64,000 bases of DNA, taken from NCBI GenBank assembly GCA_031291995.1, contig JARLHZ010000025.1, positions 156,266 through 220,265 of the forward strand. The letters are read 5' to 3'. Of the stretch, positions 58,124-64,000 are shown piece after piece; the first letter of the stretch is position 1; every line of letters begins with the position of its first letter. The stretch comes from Candidatus Doudnabacteria bacterium (GTDB lineage Bacteria > Patescibacteriota > Doudnabacteria > UBA920). The notes below the pieces were generated by a model that had not been told where the DNA came from, did no database searches, and saw only the letters and a program-made list of their open reading frames with translations. Position numbers and translations under genes: made by a program.

Positions 58124-58138
58124 AGTAATGAGTTTAGT

Positions 58139-58375
58139 ATGTACTATGTTTATCTGCTAAAACTATCCAGCGGTAAAATCTACACCGGCTCATCGCCCGA
58201 TTTAAAACGCAGAATCCCTGAGCACGAGAAAGGTAAATGTGAGGCCACAAAAAACTTCCGGCCGTTAAAATTATCTTGGTACTGCGCTTTTGAAACCAGG
58301 CTTCTAGCCAGACAGTTTGAAAACTATCTGAAAACCGGTTCAGGGCAAGCATTTAGAAATAAACATTTTGCTTAA
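58139..58375 (+). CDS. Short standalone GIY-YIG nuclease
   Basis: MYYVYLL..IYTGSSPDLKRR..H..FENYLKTGSG. Confidence 0.9.
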   Translation: MYYVYLLKLSSGKIYTGSSPDLKRRIPEHEKGKCEATKNFRPLKLSWYCAFETRLLARQFENYLKTGSGQAFRNKHFA

Positions 58376-58558
58376 AACACCAATATATATTTGGTGGTTT
58401 TTTCTTACACAAAGGGTAGTGCAAAACCAGAAATGATAAAAATTTCGGCCTTTTACCCATTTTAGCCTTGACTTTTCCGGAGTTTTTGTAAATTTCAAGC
58501 CTTGCCAGCGGTGGGCCTCGTTTTTATGGGCGATAAATATGTACAAGGTTTTTAAATA

Positions 58559-58593
58559 ACAAAACCACCCTTAAATTTTGGGGGTGGTTTTGT
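58559..58593 (-). terminator. Intrinsic terminator after the microprotein gene
   Basis: ACAAAACCACCC...GGGTGGTTTTGT. Confidence 0.75.
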
Positions 58594-58621
58594 CTATTCC
58601 GATTGCTCGGAAAAGCAAAGA

Positions 58622-58684
58622 CTAGCGGCGCTTCTTTTTGGAAGCAACCTTTTTCTTCTTTGCAACTTTCTTTTTCTTAGCCAT
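58622..58684 (-). CDS. 20-aa Lys/Arg-rich microprotein MAKKKKVAKKKKVASKKKRR
   Basis: ATG at 58684 with GGGAG Shine-Dalgarno, TAG at 58622, own promoter and terminator. Confidence 0.7.
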   Translation of the reverse strand: MAKKKKVAKKKKVASKKKRR

Positions 58685-58905
58685 TGGGCTAGTCTCCCTG
58701 GAAGTCGGACTGATTTTGGTCCGGTCTTCCTTAATTTTCTACCCTGGTATCTTGAAACTTTATGTTTCAAGTGGAGTAGTACTTAATTACTTCATCTCTG
58801 ATCTTGACGCTGATGTCTTGAATAAAATTTTGCGGAACCACAACGCGTCCGGCTTTCGTTCGTATTTCGTTTTAATTTCTGAAGAATATTTTACAAGACA
58901 AATTT

Positions 58906-58934
58906 ATTGTATAACTTTTATTTGTTAGTGTCAA
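58906..58934 (-). promoter_or_regulatory. Near-consensus sigma70 promoter for the microprotein transcript
   Basis: Minus strand TTGACA (58934-58929), 17 nt spacer, TACAAT (58911-58906). Confidence 0.75.
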
Positions 58935-59626
58935 GTATTTTTTACACTTAACAATAAATTTTTAAAAAGTTTTTTCGCCGCCGCCGTCTTAATTTTATTT
59001 ATTTCGGTCTGCATGCGCGTCGCGGTAATTTTATTGAGTTCGTTTGCGCAGCTTTGGATAACTTTGTAATCGGATGAATCAATTTTAAAACCTAAGATCG
59101 CGGAAAATCTAAGCGCCCGAATTATGCGCAACGGGTCCTCCAATATCCTATTTAATGGTTTGCCAATAAATTTTATGCGGCGATTTTTTAAATCATTTAA
59201 ACCCCGGTGATAATCTAAAATTTTTCCGCTTTTTGGGTTTAAATATAAGGCATTTATGGTAAAATCCCGTCTTTGACTGTCTATTTTGGGTGTCCCGACA
59301 TAGATCACTTTGGGATAGCGGCCGCGACCCGGGACGTCGCGGCGTAAAGTCGCTATCTCAACTGTAAGTTGGTCTTTGCTTGCAACAACAACCCCAAACT
59401 TTTGAAAGGCATCATTATACAAAATACCGGACCTGGCCAAAATATTTTTGACCTGATCCGGCGTGGAAATGCTGGCTATGTCTATGTCGGTTACCGTTTT
59501 TCCCAAAAGCAAATCCCGCACCATGCCACCGACATAAAAAGTTTGCGAAAAGTTTTCCACAAGCAAATTGAAAACTTTATCACCAAATTTTTCCAGTTCT
59601 GTACTCGGCTTGTAGTTTAGTTTCAT
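58931..59626 (-). CDS. cca: Minimal class II tRNA nucleotidyltransferase
   Basis: VGGMVRD, DID, RRDFTINAL, EDPLRIIRALRF; 231 aa, no tail or HD domain. Confidence 0.85.
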   Translation of the reverse strand: MKLNYKPSTELEKFGDKVFNLLVENFSQTFYVGGMVRDLLLGKTVTDIDIASISTPDQVKNILARSGILYNDAFQKFGVVVASKDQLTVEIATLRRDVPGRGRYPKVIYVGTPKIDSQRRDFTINALYLNPKSGKILDYHRGLNDLKNRRIKFIGKPLNRILEDPLRIIRALRFSAILGFKIDSSDYKVIQSCANELNKITATRMQTEINKIKTAAAKKLFKNLLLSVKNT

Positions 59627-59632
59627 TTGTTA

Positions 59633-60055
59633 TTAATGTCTTTTCTGCGAGTGCTTGCGCGCGACTCTTATTCGGCTTTGATTTTTATTTAAAATCGAAG
59701 CGATGACCGTGTACTCTTCCGCCGACATTTTCTTTTTGGCCATTTCATTTTTCGCCCGCTCCACGGCTTCCTCTGCTTTCTTAATATCTATATCGTAATG
59801 ATGTTCCGCGGCGTCGGCCAAAGCTATAACTTCGCTGTTTTTGCGCACCTCTATAAAACCACCCGAAACATGGATAAAATCTTCTTTTCCCTGTCTCTTG
59901 GCAATCAATTCACCCGGAACCAGTGTTGCTACAAGCGGAATATGCCCGGGCAAAACAGTAATCTGTCCCATTTCCGTTGGGCAAGACAAACTGTCCAGTT
60001 CTTCGTTAAGAACCGTGCGTTCGGGGGTGACGAGCTGGAAGTGCAATTTTTGCAT
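59633..60055 (-). CDS. atpC: ATP synthase epsilon subunit
   Basis: LVTPE, GQITVLPGHIPL, VSGGFIEV. Confidence 0.96.
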   Translation of the reverse strand: MQKLHFQLVTPERTVLNEELDSLSCPTEMGQITVLPGHIPLVATLVPGELIAKRQGKEDFIHVSGGFIEVRKNSEVIALADAAEHHYDIDIKKAEEAVERAKNEMAKKKMSAEEYTVIASILNKNQSRIRVARKHSQKRH

Positions 60056-60062
60056 ATGGCTT

Positions 60063-60588
60063 TCTACTAAATACTAAAAGATACTAAAGATACGAAATAC
60101 TAAACTTGAGATACTATGTTGACTATTCGTTTACATACCACCCCTGTCTTGGTAAAGTTAGCCAGTATGCCAAGTTTGACATGCTCCAATTTGATATAAT
60201 CACTGAGCTGTTTAATATTTTTTATTCCGAAATTTTCGTGTTTCTTGATCTCCAAGATAATTTTGGCTTCGCCAATTTTGATTAGAAAATCCGCATAATA
60301 AATTCCGATAAACTTTCCCTCGTAATATAGCTTGATTGGATGTTGCTCAACAAAATCAATCCCAGCAAGTTTTAGAGCAATTGCAACAGCTTTTTGGTAA
60401 TGTTTTTCCAATAACTCGCCGCCCAGGTCTTTAAAGACCTTTATCAGAATTCCTACGATTTTATAATATTCATCTTTATAAACCAGGTCTTCCCTTAACA
60501 TTTTCGTCTATTATTTTTATTTTCGCAAATATCTGTACTATCTAAGTTTAGTATTTAGTATATTTAGTATTCTTTCGTATTTAGTAGA
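60063..60588 (-). mobile_element. GxxExxY cassette 1 with 45 bp terminal inverted repeats, between atpD and atpC
   Basis: 60063-60107 versus the reverse complement of 60544-60588 match at 40/45 positions; built of TACTAA/TACGAA units. Confidence 0.75.
60100..60501 (-). CDS. GxxExxY family PD-(D/E)XK protein
   Basis: LGGELLEKHYQ, YADFLI..ILEIK, LGILANF. Confidence 0.9.
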   Translation of the reverse strand: MLREDLVYKDEYYKIVGILIKVFKDLGGELLEKHYQKAVAIALKLAGIDFVEQHPIKLYYEGKFIGIYYADFLIKIGEAKIILEIKKHENFGIKNIKQLSDYIKLEHVKLGILANFTKTGVVCKRIVNIVSQV

Positions 60589-60593
60589 GAGGA

Positions 60594-62006
<1,413 letters not shown>

Positions 62007-62019
62007 TTATTAATAGATA

Positions 62020-62310
62020 TTATTGCTCCTTATTTTTTTTCTGAGACCGGCCGTACTTATCCGGATTTTCGTGGAATTCCTTAACCAATTCGTCAACTTT
62101 CTTGCCGACATCCGTGCCTAATATTTCAGCGGTGTAACGTTTGACATCATCAATGTCCTCAGCGATGTGGACAATATAATTATGTGGCACCTTTTGCAGT
62201 CTTGGGTCAAGATTTCTCTCGGGCAATCTGTTTGCAAGAAAACCCATTAACGACGCTTGGTACTCTTCTTCCGGGGTAAAATCCGGTAAATAATCCAAAA
62301 ATTCCGACAT
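62020..62310 (-). CDS. Hypothetical protein inserted between atpG and atpD
   Basis: 96 aa co-oriented ORF filling the gap. Confidence 0.65.
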   Translation of the reverse strand: MSEFLDYLPDFTPEEEYQASLMGFLANRLPERNLDPRLQKVPHNYIVHIAEDIDDVKRYTAEILGTDVGKKVDELVKEFHENPDKYGRSQKKNKEQ

Positions 62311-62319
62311 AATAATATG

Positions 62320-63195
62320 TTATTCTAATGCTATTTTTCCTGCCGTTATTTCGGCTAATTCAGTAGTAATCTTATTTTGCCTTAACTTGTTGTAAGTCAG
62401 CGTTAAGTCGCTTATTAAATCCCCTGCCGCTTCGGTGGCGTTTTTCATCATGACCATGCGGGCGGATTGTTCGGAAGCTTCGGATTCCAGAATTGTTTGG
62501 TATATTTGCGATTCTATTATGCGCGGCAACAAGCTTTTCATAACCTCTTCGGCCGTAGGTTCAAACAAATATTCGGATTTTTCTTTTTCTTCTTCGGTTT
62601 TCGCGTCCACCGCGTGCTCCACCTGCTTTTCAAACGGCAGAAGCTGTTTTACCGTGGGCTTTTGCGCCAGGGTGGAAACAAAATGGTTATAGTAAATAAA
62701 AACTTTTTCGTATTTCCCGGAGTTATATAAATCGGCAATAAATTCCGCAATCGGGGCAATATCGGTCGTGGTTATTACCCGGTCAAACTTTTCAAAATCC
62801 GCCACAACTTCTTTATGGGTTTTAACCATCACATCGCGCCCCTTGCGCCCGTAAGTAATAAAGTCCGTATCTAAACCTCTTTGAGCGGTGCTTTGCAGAA
62901 CCATGTTCAATAAATTAGTGTTGAGGCTTCCGACCATGCCGCGGTTAGACGACAAGACCAATACGGCTACTTTTTTCGCATCGGGATAAGTTTTAAGCAA
63001 ATCGGCCATAACCTGTTCCGTGGAAGACAAGTTTAAAATTAATTCCCAAGCCAAAGTGGAATACGTGCGGCTCTTTAAAGTCGCGTCCTGGCTCTTGCGC
63101 ATCTTAGCCGCGCTCACCATTTGCATAGCCCGCGTCACCTTGCGAGTGCCGCCGATGCTTTTTATTCGAGTTTTTAATTCCTTAATTCCGGGCAT
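62320..63195 (-). CDS. atpG: ATP synthase gamma subunit
   Basis: KVTRAMQMVSAAK, SEQSARMVMMKNAT, RQNKITTELAEI. Confidence 0.97.
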   Translation of the reverse strand: MPGIKELKTRIKSIGGTRKVTRAMQMVSAAKMRKSQDATLKSRTYSTLAWELILNLSSTEQVMADLLKTYPDAKKVAVLVLSSNRGMVGSLNTNLLNMVLQSTAQRGLDTDFITYGRKGRDVMVKTHKEVVADFEKFDRVITTTDIAPIAEFIADLYNSGKYEKVFIYYNHFVSTLAQKPTVKQLLPFEKQVEHAVDAKTEEEKEKSEYLFEPTAEEVMKSLLPRIIESQIYQTILESEASEQSARMVMMKNATEAAGDLISDLTLTYNKLRQNKITTELAEITAGKIALE

Positions 63196-63200
63196 ATTTG

Positions 63201-63713
63201 TAGAAGCGAATTTGACGCGAAATTACACGCGACTTTGACGCAAACTTATTTATTCCTTGCTAAATCGTAAATTCTTCTTCTTATTTCCAATTTTTCGGGG
63301 TCAAAGTTTATAAGAAAGCCTAACTTGTAACTTGTGGCTTTAAAATAGTACCAAAATTGTTTCTCATCTGCCTTAGTTATAAATGGTTTGTTTTTTACTT
63401 CAACTAGTATTGCCTCATTCCCCACTTTATCCGGGACGTACGTACCAACCTTAGCGCCTTCAAAATAAATATCTATTCTTTTTTGGGACTCTACCTGTAA
63501 GCCTTGTTTTTCTAATGCGATTGTAAGAGCTTTGTCTACCACCGATTCTTTAAAGGCACCGCCAAACTGTTTATATACTTCACGACATGCGGCAACAATT
63601 TTGTAGCTTTCGTCAGGGTATAATAGATCCTTGTTGCGAATTTCTGGCCGGTTATCCATATTTTCGCTTCGCGTTAATTTCGCTTAGCAGATTTCGCGAC
63701 AAATTCGCTTCTA
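63201..63713 (-). mobile_element. GxxExxY cassette 2 with terminal inverted repeats, between atpA and atpG
   Basis: TAGAAGCGAATTTGACGCGAAAT at 63201 versus the reverse complement ending at 63713: 22/23 match; GCGAA units. Confidence 0.75.
63246..63659 (-). CDS. GxxExxY family PD-(D/E)XK protein
   Basis: FGGAFKESVV, YVPDKV..LVEVK, LGFLINF. Confidence 0.88.
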   Translation of the reverse strand: MDNRPEIRNKDLLYPDESYKIVAACREVYKQFGGAFKESVVDKALTIALEKQGLQVESQKRIDIYFEGAKVGTYVPDKVGNEAILVEVKNKPFITKADEKQFWYYFKATSYKLGFLINFDPEKLEIRRRIYDLARNK

Positions 63714-64000
63714 TTTAATCGTCTGCACAAAGTTTTCAATCGCGGTTTTCAATTTCGCTTCGGTCGATTCTGATAACTCTTTAGTAGTCGCGATTTCCGA
63801 CAACACATCTTTCGCGTTCGTTGCCATATACTGGTGGAACTTTGTTTCGGTCTCGGCCATTTTATCCACGGGAATTTGATTGAAATAACCGTTGTTGACC
63901 GCGTACAAAATAGTCACTTGTTTTTCCAAAGAGAAAGGACGGTACTGTCCCTGTTTTAAAACTTCGGTCATTCTGCGTCCGAGGTCCAGCGTGCGCTGGG
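63711..64000 (-). CDS. atpA: ATP synthase alpha subunit (C-terminal part)
   Basis: GRRMTEVLKQGQYRPF..QV; upstream of atpG. Confidence 0.93.
   Translation of the reverse strand, partial: QRTLDLGRRMTEVLKQGQYRPFSLEKQVTILYAVNNGYFNQIPVDKMAETETKFHQYMATNAKDVLSEIATTKELSESTEAKLKTAIENFVQTIK

Noticed and set aside
58638-58928. 96-aa plus-strand ORF
   Set aside because: Antisense shadow of the microprotein unit; the promoter, SD and terminator all support the minus strand.

Overview
64 kb of chromosomal DNA from a small-genome bacterium, most likely Patescibacteria/CPR (Parcubacteria-like). This is inferred from the scrambled housekeeping gene order, AT-rich starts with few Shine-Dalgarno motifs, type IV pilin, GT-C/YfhO glycosyltransferases and standalone Cas2-like/PaaX, GxxExxY and GIY-YIG genes; TGA is used as stop (code 11). 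Core genes: tsf, rpsB, rpmE, prfA, prmC, rplY, rodA, dnaE, thrS, map, two adk, cysS, dnaB, recR, rplU, pyrH, serS, lysS, greA, gyrB, a single-chain pheS, rmuC, a UvrD-nuclease fusion, cca, atpCDG(A) and three tRNAs. There is no CRISPR array, transposase, integrase or prophage. The main unexplained signal is a set of small standalone nuclease-fold genes (one Cas2-like, two GIY-YIG, two GxxExxY), each flanked by its own palindrome or inverted-repeat family. Gene-less copies of such repeats sit between genes and in frame inside essential genes. Also present: a three-copy ~129 bp hairpin element, a promoter-driven five-hairpin ncRNA candidate divergent from two small membrane ORFs inside 18 bp direct repeats, a hairpin RNA upstream of an NYN ribonuclease, and an unannotated 20-aa Lys-rich microprotein with its own promoter and terminator. 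All calls come from reading the sequence; no database search or folding program was run.
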